A model generated the notes under the pieces. It worked only from the letters and a program-made list of their open reading frames with translations. It made no database searches and had not been told where the DNA came from. Positions 11,601-24,280 of a DNA stretch of 64,000 bases are shown here, one piece after another. Numbering within the stretch: position 1 is the stretch's first letter; each line of letters starts with the position of its first letter. Source of the DNA: Octopus sinensis (Eukaryota). The translations under genes and the position numbers were made by a program. The stretch spans positions 434,001-498,000 of the forward strand of contig NC_043003.1 in assembly GCF_006345805.1 (NCBI RefSeq), written 5' to 3'.

Positions 11601-12133
11601 ACTAAACGAAATTTTCTTAATCCTTCAGAATCCGACTTCCACCTTTAGTTTCTACCTCCTCACAATGATAATTGTTGCAAATTTGTAGCGGGGTGGGGTG
11701 ACTTCGAAGTGACAAGAAACACCAGCAGGGTTTAAATTCACACAAGGCACTCGATACGTTGTATACCCACTTCTTTTGATCCTTTATTCATAATAATTTC
11801 TTTATAAATCCGAGAAACGAGGCCTCGGATTTATAAAGGCTGTGAAATGGGATAATTTAATGTTCATGTTTTTTCCCAAAGGCTTTCAGCAACTTCCCTT
11901 TTTTTCGTAAAAAGCCTGAGATTTAAGAAGGTGAATATGGGTAAACAAGGACATTATCAACAATATGGAAATAAAATGATTTATAATCGGGAATCGAAAC
12001 TATTGATGTATCGCACGGTTATGTACACGGCTCTGTACAGTTGCCTTAACTCAACTACATACGGTGAAATTAATATAAAGTTTTGGGATTTGGTTTGCAA
12101 GGTTCTTTATGAGAGTTCGTGTGTTGAAGCATA

Positions 12134-12391
12134 TTCTGTTGTGTCTGGGGAGAGTCGTTTTCTTTTGGTGCCTTATCATTTAACACACTCACCTGTAAAA
12201 TTTCCACCCATTTACCTATTTTTCTAAAATTTTCGTTGCGTCTTGCAACCTTTTTAATAGCTGTTGAAAAAGTTGCAAGACGCAATGAAAATTTTAGGAA
12301 AAGAAATAAGTAAATGAGTGGAAATTTTACCGGTGCGTGTGTTAAATAATAAGGCACCAAAAGAAAACGACTCTCCCCAGACACAACAGAA
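12134..12391. mobile_element. Palindromic (foldback) MITE with TA target duplication
   Basis: TA|TTCTGTTGTGTCTGGGGAGAGTCG...CGACTCTCCCCAGACACAACAGAA|TA; the two halves are complementary over almost the full 258 bp, centred near AGCT at ~12260. Confidence 0.88.
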
Positions 12392-12487
12392 TATAAAGAA
12401 GTTATTCTATATTGTAATCACACTATGAACGTTTTGCCTACAAATTTTTGATCTTGTGTCTCTCTCTCAGCAAACTTTCAGTTTCAG

Positions 12488-12524
12488 GTGTGTGTATACG
12501 TATGTGTGTATGTATTAATATATA

Positions 12525-12560
<36 letters not shown>

Positions 12561-12755
12561 TGTATGTATGTATGTATGTATGTATGTATGTATGTGTGTA
12601 TGTATGTATGTATGTATGTATGTATGTATGTATGTATGTATGTATATGGGTGTATGTGTGTGTATGCATGCATGTATGCGTGTACGTGCATGTATGTATA
12701 TCTGTTTATGTGTGTGCGTGTATGTGTATATGTATGTGTGTATATTATGTGCGTA
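12488..12755. repeat. (TATG)n/(TG)n microsatellite
   Basis: Directly visible. Confidence 0.95.
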
Positions 12756-13329
12756 TGAAGGCTAGCAAGTCGAAACTTCGAAATCACTGTCACCCCTCTA
12801 CTTGTAAAAGTCTAATAAACATTTTATTGTGTCTGACGAAATCTAATAAATATGTACTTTACAAAAGGTATTTCAGCTTAACGTTAAATTGTTTTCATTA
12901 TAACTTGGCATGAAAACAAACCTTATATACATATATCAAGTGTTGTATGTGTTGGTGTTTATGTAGATGTATCTGGGAACCAACAGTTGGCGATTTATGG
13001 GCAAACGTGAACCAACGTTTGCTGCTGCTAAGAAGCCAGCTGTTTCTTAGAACAAATCTCTTGTAGTAGTTTACGCTAAATCTACCATCGCCATCGCCAC
13101 CTCTGCAATTTACTTTCTCTAATCCTTGACTAGGCTTCATTTCTTCAATGGGTTTTGCAAAAAGAAAAGAAAAAAGAGAAAATGAAACAGTAAGAGTAAA
13201 AACCAAAAAAGAAGAAAGAAAAACTATTTCCATCATTTAAGAAGTTGCCTGACTCTCTTCGCCCTGCCAACATGTCTGCTGCATTCTCTGAAATATCTCA
13301 AGTTTTTCCACTATTTTTTCGTCCTTAAC

Positions 13330-13368
13330 CTTTCCTTTCCTTTCTTTCTTTCTTCTTTCTTTCTTTCT

Positions 13369-13410
<42 letters not shown>

Positions 13411-14029
13411 CTCCTTTCTTCCCTCCTTTCTTCCCTTCTTTCTTTCCTTGTCTCCTCATCTTTTCAATTCTCATCTTTTCATATATTTCTTCTCATCATC
13501 TCCCGTCAATATTTTCAACATGTGAAGAAGATTCTCCCTCCCTCTCTCTCCCTCTCTCTCCCTCTCTCTCCCTCTCTCTCCCCCTCCTCTCTCTCCCTCT
13601 CTCTCCCCCTCCTCTCTCTCTCTTCCTTTTCACCCATTTACCCATGTACCTCATCCCTAAAGCATCTTTTGTCCCCTCCCGCCCGCCACAACCCCAGAAC
13701 CGGCAAGGGAATATCTATACATACAGTTTCTCGATCTACCACAACTAGCAACCAAATTTGCCTCATATCACAACACTACCAGACTTTAAAAGGAAATGAA
13801 GACATCATTGATAAAGTAGTCTCTCTCTGCACCCTAAAGAGACGATGTGCTTAGAGCTGAAGACCCCTGGGATCCCAGATCTGTCCTGGCGCTGCTACAA
13901 CTTGATCGTTTCTTTTCTCCTCAAACCCTTAAATTTCATCTACTTCACCCCAAACCTCGATTTCCCTACCGTCTGATTACGTCTTGCAATCCATTCCTGG
14001 GTCCTTCCCAACAACCTACATTGAATCTG

Positions 14030-14095
<66 letters not shown>

Positions 14096-15110
14096 CCTCT
14101 CTCTCTGTCTGCCTTTCTCTTCCCTTCAGAATCTGCCTCTCTCTTTCTCTCTGCCTCTCTCTTTCTCTCTGCCTCTGTTTCTCTGTCTCTATTTCTCTTT
14201 GCCTATATTTACCTGTCTGTCTGTCTCTCTCTCTCTGCACCTCTCTGTCTCTCTCTTCCTCTCTCTCTTTCTCTCTATCCCTATGCCTCTCTCTCTCTCT
14301 CTGCCCCTCTCTGTCTTTCTGTCTTCCTCTCTGCCTCCCCCTTTCTCTCTGCTTCTCTCTATCCCAATGCCTCTCTCTCTCTCTCACTCTCTGCTCCCCC
14401 CCCACTCTCTCCTTTTCCATTCACCACCCTATTTTCAATGTTGTCCCTAAAATCTCACTGACCTCCCATCTGATTCCACCATACCACCTTATGGCTACTT
14501 ACTATGACCTAACCTTCTTTGCCACTAAACACATCTTACCACTACCACTACCACTACTACTACATCTCAGCCTACCTGACCCTTTCTTTCCACCATTTTA
14601 TTCCTATTCTTATTTCGTAACAAACCTCCTCCTTTCATCTATTTCACCTTCTCTTTCTTCCCCTATTTCTTCTCTTCCTGCCAAACCCTATCTTGACCCC
14701 GTAATTCCTTCTCTCTTTTCCCTCTGCATCTCTCTTCCTATCTTTATCATCTTCTTCTCCCTTTCTCTGCTTTTTCTTTCTTTCTTTCTCCCTTGTATTT
14801 CTCTCCCTATCTCTGTCCCTATCTCTCATCATCGTCTTCTGCTTCCATTTCTTCTCTCTTTCTCTACCTCTCTACTTCCCTCCCTCCCTCCCATGCCATG
14901 ACCTACTTTGTTGAAATCTCTCCTTCTCTCATCCTCTCTGTCTTTAATCCTCATAACTCCTAATCTATCCTTATCATATCTCTCTCTATTTTTAATCCTT
15001 TTCTTTCTGTTCCCTTTTAACTTATGCCAGTTCTTATCTCCCTCCCTCCGTCTTCCTTCCTTACTATCTCCTCCATTGCTCAATTCCTCTCCCCTACCAT
15101 TAATCTCTTA
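13330..15110. repeat. Long polypyrimidine/(CT)n-derived low-complexity region with a short unique island at ~13630-14020
   Basis: (CTTT)n, (CT)n and degenerate CTCTCTCTGC units; explains the 204- and 305-aa Ser/Leu ORFs. Confidence 0.88.
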
Positions 15111-17058
15111 ACCCTAACTACTTTAACCCATTCAGCTTGTCAAAGCAGCCCCAAGTTTTTTATTTTTAAATCTTCCCTTATTCTTCTATTCTACCATTCT
15201 CGAATTCCAGATAGTCTTATCAAAATTAGCTTACTATCAGCTTTTATAAAATGAAACACTCTCTAATTAAAGTGGAGAGAAGGTTCTTTTAATTTCTATG
15301 ACACTTACTTTGATACATCTATACCATATCAAAGAAGTTATAAAGAAAATTGCTTATAAATTAGTTTGGATGTGTAATTTTTACTAAAAGGAAGCAATTA
15401 TCAAAATCTACATCATCTAAAAAATTCTTATAAATTCCAATTTAATATCTTTTTATCAAAATATGGTTTTCTAAATTCTTTTATTATTGATGATTTCAAT
15501 GACTTAATTCAGTCACAAATCTAATTTTTAATAATGACACTTATCTTATGCTGTGATGAAGCCTTCTTTTAACATCTATGTTTATTCTTCTAGAAATGCT
15601 ACTTTCTACAGATGTATCAGTAAAAACATTTCTCCAAATCATAAGTTTGATCCAACGTCAGCCAAACTGTTTATTCCAGTATCCTTGTAAATTTGTTGGA
15701 TGTTGTTGAAGAAAGCGAAAGCTGAAGAAGAAAAGTGGTTTTAATTGACATAAGTCAATTGTACCAAATACAAACTCATGATAAATATGTCGAATGCATT
15801 TTATGAAACATACAACCTTAAATACTGATTGATTGTTCCTATAACTGCACAAGAATAAAATGGGTGCCAGTATTTTAAGTCTGGAGTCAGTTGTACCAAA
15901 TTACTTTTAATATTTACCTTTTCCTTTCATATTCTATATGTTAAGATGTAACCTTAGCAGAGTGAGGTAACAAAAACACTAGTCAATTATGTAGTGCTCC
16001 ACCCACTGACAGTGACACAGTAGTTGGTCTTAACATGTGGGGAAGTAGAAGATACTTCATGCCAAAGAAAATATTCTCCCTATTTCAGATGGTAGTGACG
16101 ACTGAGTTTTAAGAAGCAAATCTTAACTGACAGAATCCAGAGAGCACAAATGTGCAGCCTGGTTCTGTTGAATGGTTGAGGACACAAAAATCTTGTGTGT
16201 GACCATCACTGCTGGAATATCATTACTCAAATATGGTAACAGTGAAGAAGTGAGGGCTAGTGGTTTGGGTGTTATACTCATGCTTGCAAGATCCTGGTTT
16301 CAATACTTGAACCAGGCAGTGCATTCTGTTCCTGAGCCATGCATTTCATTTCACATCACTTCAGTTCACTCAGCTGTAAATGGCTTACCCTGAAACAGAA
16401 TGGCATTCTTTTGTGATTTCGGTCACTTAGGTGTCATGGAAACCAGGAAATTAGCCCTATGAGTTCTAGCGCTTGAGACAGTAATATCTGTGTCCATGGT
16501 AACAGCATTGAAGAAATGCAGTGCTGGGATGTGATACATTGTCTTTGAAGAGAAGTTCCTGTGGATCGGTTCATTGCTGTTCGTGTTTCAAGTTTAATGT
16601 GTTTCTTAGTTTAATTTCTTTCTCCAAACTAACTGTATGTAGAGATCATGTTGTCTGCAGGATATTTAGAATCGTTAACAGTTCACATTTTAATTAGCTC
16701 TGATTCAAAACATCAAACACTGTCATGCCATTAACACACACACACGTATATAGTATATATACATTTAAAAGAAGAAAAGAAAATGGAGATTAGGAAGTTA
16801 ATAATTGTTTATTATTAACAGCAAATTGGTCATCTTACAGCTGTTTCAATTAATGTTCAATAAACAATCAATTTATATTAATGTGACATGAGCAGAATAT
16901 CATCAGAGGAGAAAAGATGCACATTTGGATGGAACCATCCCTTGATGAGGTTTACGCATCCTCTAATTATATATAGAGCTACATAGCTACAGTAGTGTAT
17001 ATCTTGCAAGATGTGTGTGTTAATTCTTCAGATGCAGAGTTCGAATATCTCATCCTTC

Positions 17059-17212
17059 ATGGCTGTGTAGTAAGAAACTTGCTTCCCAACCACATGGTTC
17101 TGGGTTCAGTCCCACTGCATGGTACCTTGGGCAAGTGTTTTCTACTATAGCCTTGGGCCAACCAAAGCCTTGTGAGTGGATTTGGGAGACAGAAACTGAA
17201 AGAAGCCCATCG

Positions 17213-17249
<37 letters not shown>

Positions 17250-17440
17250 ATGTTTGTGTGCTGTGTTTGTCCTCCTACTAATGTTGGTGTGTTTTTGTCC
17301 CCGTAACTTAGTGGTTCAGCAAAAGAGACTGATAACATCAGTACTAAGTTTACAAAGAATAAGTCCTGGGGTCAACTTGTGTGACTAAAGGCAGTGCTCC
17401 AGCTAGGCCACAGTCAAATGACTGAAACAAGTAAAAGAAA
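17059..17440 (+). mobile_element. SINE family B, full length, CpG-decayed
   Basis: ATGGCTGTGTAGTAAGAAACTTGCTTCCCAACC...GTAAAAGAAAAC; most CpGs converted to TG/CA. Confidence 0.88.
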
Positions 17441-18016
17441 ACAGAATGTGTTGTTGTTGTTGTTGAAACCCAGTTCATCCTTGAGGGGTCAGACCCATGA
17501 TCAAAGGTATCTGAATGGTGACCACCTCACCCTTTCCATCTTGTGCTAGAAACTCAAGACCACACTACCTCACACATCCTTTATTAAGACAGTTGGGTGT
17601 GATATGAGGGTGATTTGGTTGCTGTTTCCAGCAATTCAAATGACCACATAACTCCCTCTCCCACTTCCCATTTTGATCCCCTTAAATGTATTTGTAGTTA
17701 GGGAATAAGGGACTTGCTTGGAGGTTTTTCTCTACTTGTGAAAAAAAAACCGGTTTGTCTGAGATGTGGATGAAAAAATACCCAGATGATATCATTTTCA
17801 AATATTTATCAGGAGCCAGTCATCATTTGCTAATTACATTAAACAGTTGTTAATTAAGTAGCATCATCTTCGTTTCATAGTTTGGAAATAAGCAAAGTAT
17901 CAAATAACAACATTTATTGTGAATAAGCTTCTGTCCAAATAAGACAAAAATCTTACCTGCCAAAATGCCAGAAGTAAAAAAAGGAGTGTAAGCCCCCCTC
18001 CCCCTCACTCACTCAC

Positions 18017-18067
<51 letters not shown>

Positions 18068-18359
18068 ATTTAGTTGGTTTTAAAAATACAATTACAAACT
18101 TTTTGCTTTTTTCTTAACCCTTCTCTTCCTCTCATTTCTTCATTTTCCCCTCTTATACTTTTCCATAGCATTTTCTTTTTAGCATCTTCTCCTCCTTCTC
18201 TTCCACCTCTCTTTACTCCCTATATATCTTATTAGTCTTTCTCTATAACTTCTAATTTTCTCTCCCTCACTCTTAGCCTCAGTTTCTATCCTTGCAACTC
18301 TCTTCTCTCCCTCTTTCTCTCTCCTTCACTCTCCTATTAAATTGTTTTCATCAAATGAT

Positions 18360-18460
18360 TTGTCAGGGGCTGGTGCAGCCTTCTGGGTTGCCAGCCCTCA
18401 CTCAAACACTCCAACTCATGCCAGCATGGAAAGCAGACGTTAAACGATGATGATGATGAT
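18360..18460 (+). mobile_element. 3' tail of SINE family D (RTE-like tail)
   Basis: GGTGCAGCC...CATGCCAGCATGGAAAGCAGACGTTAAACGATGATGATG. Confidence 0.8.
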
Positions 18461-18466
18461 ATATAA

Positions 18467-18745
18467 ACAATTGCAGCATAGAAGGTGTTTATAAGCCATT
18501 TAAAAACACACAAAACCCGTTAGATTCACTTCAACATTTAAAATTTAATTTGTCAAAATATTTTCGTTGCTTTGCAACCGTGACTTGTACACTGACAAAA
18601 TTCTGTGCTGCATGGAATTTTGTCAGTGAACAGGTCGCGGTCTCAAAGAAAATATTTTAGCAAATGAAATTTAAATGTTGAAGTGAATCTAACGGTTTTT
18701 GTGTGCTTTTTAAATGGCTTATAAACACCGTCCACGCTGCGATTG
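18467..18745. mobile_element. Foldback element / MITE, about 135-bp imperfect arms
   Basis: GGTGTTTATAAGCCATTTAAAAA...CACTGACAAAATTC, 11-nt spacer (18604-18614), GAATTTTGTCAGTG...TTTAAATGGCTTATAAACACC. Confidence 0.88.
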
Positions 18746-18789
18746 ATTTCGTTTCAGCACACTATCTCAGATCGGGTCACTTGAAAAGC

Positions 18790-19530
18790 ACACATTACAA
18801 TCTCGGAGTGGTTGGTATTAGGAAGTGCATCCAACTGTAGAAACTTTGCCAGATCAAGATTTGAGCCTGGTGCAGCCATCTGGTTCGCCAGCCCTCAGTC
18901 AAATCATCCATGCTAGCATGGAAAGCAGATGTTAAACGATGATGATGCTGATGATGATGATATATATATCATCAACATTATCATCATTTTACATCTGTTT
19001 CCAAGCTGGCATGGGTTGGACGAGGATGATTTGTCAGGGGCTGGTAAAGCCAGGCTTAGCAACAGGTTCCACTGTCTGTTTTGGCCTGGTTTCTACAGCT
19101 GGATGCCCTTCCTGATGCCAACCACTCCGAGAGTGTACTGGCACCAGCATCTGCACCAGTACCAGTGCTTTTTATGCGGAACCATATATATATATGTATC
19201 ATCATCATCGTTTAACGTCCACTTTCCATGCTAGCATGGGTTGGACAATTTGACTGAGGACTGGCGAACCAGATGGCTGCACCAGACTCCGATCTGATCT
19301 GGCAGAGTTTCTACCGCTGGATGCCCTTCCTAATGCCAACCACTCTGGTAGTGTAGTGGTGCTTTTACGTGCCACCGACATGACGGCCAGTTTGGTGGCA
19401 CTGGCAACGAGCACACCCAAATGGTGTTTTTTATGTGTCACCTGCACAGGAGCCAGTCCAACAGCACTGGCAACGACCTCACTCGAATGTTTTTTCACGT
19501 GCCACCAGCACAAGTGCCAGTAAGGCAATG
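18790..19530. mobile_element. Cluster of three SINE family D copies (one +, two -)
   Basis: Shared GGATGCCCTTCCTAATGCCAACCACTC core and (GAT)n/(CAT)n tails. Confidence 0.83.
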
Positions 19531-20142
19531 CAGATAGGCACATATATGGCTGTGTGGCTAGAGATGTGCTTCCCAGCCATATGGTTTCAGGTTCAGTCCC
19601 ACTGTGTGGTACCTTGAGAAAGTGTCTTTAAAAAATTCTGTTTACCCAAAGTGTAAACAAATAAATACTGGATCAATTCAATTAACTAAAAATTCTTTAC
19701 AACAGTGCTCCAGCTTGGCCGCAGTCCAGTGACTGCAAAAACTAAATGATATGTGAAAGAATATAGATGAATGAAATAACTACATGAAATAAAGATTTTT
19801 TTGCCTTATGTTCTTCCATACAATCATTGCCAGTATTGTTCAGTTGCAGAACAATCCTGATTGAAAGAAATCTATCAAAGAGATTCCCCCTTTTTTCATG
19901 GGTTCACACAACTCAGTATCATCCAATCCAATGTGTCCCATTTTTTTGTAAGATGGAAGGGTGTGATTTAGAGAGATTTGACTGTTATTTCTGCTCATCT
20001 ATTTTTATCCATTTCATGTTATTTTAATTACACTCGTTATTTTTTCAGAGCTGTAATTTTCAAAACTTATTTTTTTCCTTTCACCACTCTCTTTTTAAAA
20101 TTTATTTTTAGTGTGTTGGTCTTCTCTTTTCAAGTCTGCATT

Positions 20143-20181
<39 letters not shown>

Positions 20182-20396
20182 TTAATACTCTTTTATTTAG
20201 ACGTCAGTAAAGCCAGACTCAGTGTCTGGTTCTATTCTGTGTATGAATTTTGTATGTATTTGTGTTAGTGTGTATACCTCTTTGTCTTCATTATGCAAGA
20301 AGTCAATATCTGTGCATATGTGTGGGTGGTTTTGAAATGAGAGCAATTGTAGGTTCATGTTGGGATGTTACTGTGTGTGTATGTATCCCTCTGTGT

Positions 20397-20448
<52 letters not shown>

Positions 20449-20599
20449 CGTATATGCGTGTCTGTGTGGATGTTTAACTGTTAATTTTATATCTCGATAT
20501 GTTATTTATATGTGTGTAGTTTGTTATAGCATTGTATGTACAAGGAGAAACATTGCCCCTTGCCCCTGATCCTATATGAAGTTCCTCCTGAAACCAGGA

Positions 20600-21470
20600 T
20601 CCTGACAGTGAGATAAGAGTCGGCAATGAGTGCAGCAACAGATTTAGTGCACAATAAGTGTCCACCAGGGCTTGGTTTTCAGTCCCTTGTTTTCCATCAT
20701 AGTCTTCTAGGCTATAACAGAGAAGTTTGAGACCAGGGCCCCATGGGAATTCTTCTTCAGTGGTGACCTTGTTCTTTTTGCTGAATCTTTTGTAGAATTA
20801 GAAAAGAAATTTCAGGTGTAGAAGCAAAACCAGGGACCAAAAGGCCTTAAAGTAAATGTAGCAAAGACTAAAATTTTAGTCAGCAAGAAGACAAACAGAA
20901 TGATCCACCTCTCAGGAAAGTGGCCCTGTTAGATATGTAAAAGTGTTGGTAGAGGTTCCATATGGTGTACTCAATGCAAACTATGGACACAGAAGAAGGG
21001 CAGAGGAATCACAAGAGGGTTAATGAAGAGAGTGAAGTTTGTGGCAGATGCATACAACCAATAAACACTAGGAATATGTGGGAAACAGATTTGCTCAAAG
21101 ACCCACGAGGATTTGCTAGAGGTTGTAGACAGCTTTCGTTACCTAGGTGACCTAATTAGCAGAGTGGGAGGATGTTCTGAAAGCATAGTTGCTAGAATAA
21201 GAACAGGATGGAGAAAGTTCCGAAAACTATTGCCTCTGTTGGTAAGAAAATGCCTCTATCTTGGAGTGAAACATAGATTTTATGATGCTTGTGTATGAAC
21301 AGCAATACCACATGGTAATGAAACATGGGCCTTGAATGTCGTGGATATGCAAAGAGTAGAAAAGAATGGAGCTAGTATGGTCTGTAAGCATGTGCAACAA
21401 AGTGCATTGGGACGAAAACTGGGCTATGTGTATATTACATGTGGTGTAACAAGACAAGTGAAACTATTTT
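20600..21470 (+). mobile_element. Decayed RTE-clade LINE reverse transcriptase fragment
   Basis: With frameshifts: VRVGNE..., PWEFFFSGDLVLFAES (YADD region), KGLKVNVAKTKILV, LEVVDSFRYLGDLIS, RIRTGWRKFRKLLPLL, YDACV*TAIPHGNETWAL; stops present. Confidence 0.88.
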
Positions 21471-21663
21471 ATGTGGTTAGAGGATTTAGCGTCCATTTTT
21501 CAGCATATTGGCCAAGAAACTTTTTCTTTTTGCTCTTATTTATAATTGTATATATATATATCATCATCATCATCATCATCATTGTTTAACGTCCGTTTTC
21601 CATGCTAGCATGGGTTGGACGGTAATGTATATATATGTATATATATGTGTGTGTGTATGTATG

Positions 21664-21717
<54 letters not shown>

Positions 21718-21721
21718 GGCA

Positions 21722-22022
21722 CTTCATCGGTTCATGAAATTAACATGCAAGTGGCTGAGCACTCCACAGACACATGTACTCTTAATGTAGTTCTCAGGGA
21801 GATCCAGTGTGACAAGGTTGACCCTTTGAAATACAGGTACAACAGAGACAGGAAGAAAGAGTGAGAGAAAGAGTACAGCAGGGTTCGCCACCACCCCTTG
21901 CCAGAGCCTAGTGGAGCTTTATGTGTTTACACCCAAACACTCACAGCACCCGGTCTGGGAGTTGAAACCACGACCCTATGACCACGAGTCCACTGCCCTA
22001 ACCACTAGGCATTGTACCTCCA
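21722..22022 (-). mobile_element. SINE family C copy
   Basis: caagtggctgagcactccacagacac and head ...taaccactagg, reverse complement of the 7113-7465 family. Confidence 0.75.
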
Positions 22023-22265
22023 CTGTATATATATATATATACGTATATATCATTGATGTTATTAGCTTGATAAAGGAATAAAACTGTTAATGAACTCCAT
22101 TTATTTTTAGTTCAACATACATCTACAGATACAATACCCAGACATTTCACCAGCATTGTATTCTGGGATCTGGGGTCACTGGGTGTTTTTGCCCTTAAAC
22201 CCCATTTCTTCCATGCAATACAACCCAGGTTGATCACCCTTAAGCCTGTGTCTAAGTGTCATACG

Positions 22266-22412
22266 GAGGTGCATGGCTTAGTGGTAAGGAGTGTTGCAGT
22301 CATGATTCTAAGATAGTGGTTTCTATTCCTGGACCAGGTGATGCATTGTGTCCTTGAGCAAGACACTTCATTTCATGTTGCTCCAGTCCACTCAGCTAGC
22401 AAAAAAGAGTAA
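22266..22412 (+). mobile_element. SINE family C head plus CORE-like block
   Basis: GCATGGCTTAGTGGTAAGG...GTCCTTGAGCAAGACACTTCATTTC...CTCCAGTCCACTCAGC. Confidence 0.8.
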
Positions 22413-22644
22413 TCCTGCAACAGACTGGTTTCATGTCCAAGGAGGAATATATCTGCTGGAGAAACCGAGAAAATGACCCCTATGCTCCTTAGAGGGTAAT
22501 GTGGATAGACCTGTGTCTAAGCAGCATTTTACTGACCCCCAACAAGACCCATAAAGGTGCTTTCTCAGCAACCTCTTGGTTGTTCTTGGTAGCTCTTCTT
22601 CTAAACAATATTCTTAAAACCAATATTATTTACCAATCTAGTAA

Positions 22645-22820
22645 GGTAGCGTGCAGGTAGAATCGTTAAACGCCGGTCGAAATGCTTAGCAATATTTCGT
22701 CTGTCTTTGTTTTGAGTTCAAATTCTGCCCTTCATCCTTTCGAGGTTGATAAATTAAGTACCAGTTGCATACTGGGATCAATCTAATCGACTGGCTCCCT
22801 CCCCACAAAATTTTGGGCTT
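22645..22820 (+). mobile_element. Decayed SINE family A copy
   Basis: GCAGGTAGAATCGTTAAACGCC...GAGTTCAAATTC...AAGTACCAGTTG. Confidence 0.78.
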
Positions 22821-23134
22821 AAAAAGTGAAATTAAATTTCACTGTTATTCCAGTCATGGTGTGTTAAATATCTGGAAAAAATAGAATTGGTATTTTTTGA
22901 AAATGACTTTGCTTCAATAAACTTGATATATTACTGTAGAAATTAATTTCAAAATATTTTCCATTGAAAATTGTTTGAAACATTCTCAAGTGAAGATAGA
23001 TTGGAATATAAAACTGCCTTCCACAGTTAAGGGGGATGAAATTTTCCGTGGCTGTATCTGATTTCTGCAAATAAAAGGGTTTATGATATTCAGTCTGGAT
23101 TTGACGATATTGTGATCTCCCACCTTTAGAACTG

Positions 23135-23221
23135 TGTGGGTGTGTGGGTGTGGGTGTGGGTGTGGGTGTGTGGGTGTGTGGGTGTGTGGGTGTGGGTGTG
23201 TGTGGGTGTGGGTGTGGGTGT
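23135..23221. repeat. (TGTGGG)n-type microsatellite
   Basis: Directly visible. Confidence 0.92.
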
Positions 23222-23368
23222 CTCAATAGTTTGTTCCAGATTCCACTTTTGAATCTTTCATTGCACCATTTCTCACAACCTTTTTTCTGTTATTCTCCAT
23301 TTGTCAATCAAAAGCCACTCCAGTGTCAAAAATTTGGTAGTGAGCCCTCTCCCTGCTCCCAACTGCTC

Positions 23369-23411
<43 letters not shown>

Positions 23412-23435
23412 TTGTATGAATATAGAGTTTGCTTT

Positions 23436-23836
23436 AAGGTGGTGAGCTGGCAGAAACGTTAACACACTGGGTGAAATGCTTAACGGTATTTTGTCTGTCT
23501 TTATGTTCTGAGTTCAAATTCCACCGAGGTCGACTTTGCCTTTCATCCTTTCGGGGTCGATTAAATAAGTACCAGTTACCCACTGGGGTCGATGCAATCC
23601 ACTTAATCCATTTGTCTGTCCTTGTTTGTCCCCTCTGTGTTTAACCCCTTGTGAGTAGTAAAGAAATAGGTATTTCGTCTGTCTTTACTTTCTGAGTTCA
23701 AATTCTGCTGAGGTCAACTTTTCCTTTCATCCTTTCGGGATTGATAAATTGAGTACCAGTTGCGTACTGGGGTTGATCTAATCGACTGGTCCCCTCCCCC
23801 AAAATTTCGGGCCTTGTGCCTAGAGTAGAAAAGGAC
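23436..23836 (+). mobile_element. Full-length dimeric SINE family A with 14-bp TSD
   Basis: Flanked by identical ATAGAGTTTGCTTT at 23422-23435 and 23837-23850. Confidence 0.93.
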
Positions 23837-23979
23837 ATAGAGTTTGCTTTGTAAACCTGTGGTTTTGAGTTCTATCTCTCTGTGACACCCTGGGCAACAG
23901 TCTTCTATTATAGTCATGAGGTTTCAAGTAAAATTTATTAACAGAAAATGTGCAGAAGCCTATCATATAGATACATATG

Positions 23980-23980
23980 T

Positions 23981-24016
<36 letters not shown>

Positions 24017-24210
24017 GTTTAACGTCTGCTTTCCATGCTAGCATGGGTTGGAAGGTTCAACTGGGGTCTGGGAAGCCCGAAGGCTGCACCAGGCCAGTCA
24101 GATCTGGCAGAGTTTCTACAGCTGGATGCCCTTCCTAACGCCAACCACTCCATGAGTGTAGTGGGTGCTTTTTATGTGCCACCGACACAGGTGCCAGACG
24201 AGGCTGGAGA
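23980..24210 (-). mobile_element. SINE family D copy
   Basis: (CAT)n tail, GTTTAACGTCTGCTTTCCATGCTAGC, GGATGCCCTTCCTAACGCC core. Confidence 0.86.
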
Positions 24211-24228
24211 ACAGAGAGTAGATAAAAC

Positions 24229-24280
24229 AGGGGACAACTGACGAAGGGGACAACTGACGAAGGGGACAACTGACGAAGGG
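24229..24280. repeat. 16-bp tandem repeat x3 (AGGGGACAACTGACGA)
   Basis: Units at 24229, 24245, 24261. Confidence 0.9.

Noticed and set aside
13847-14901. 204-aa and 305-aa ORFs
   Set aside because: Translations of (CT)n-derived low-complexity DNA (Ser/Leu runs); no start context or domain.
22864-23130. About 89-codon non-repetitive minus-strand open frame
   Set aside because: No recognisable domain and no consistent acceptor/donor pair; left unresolved.
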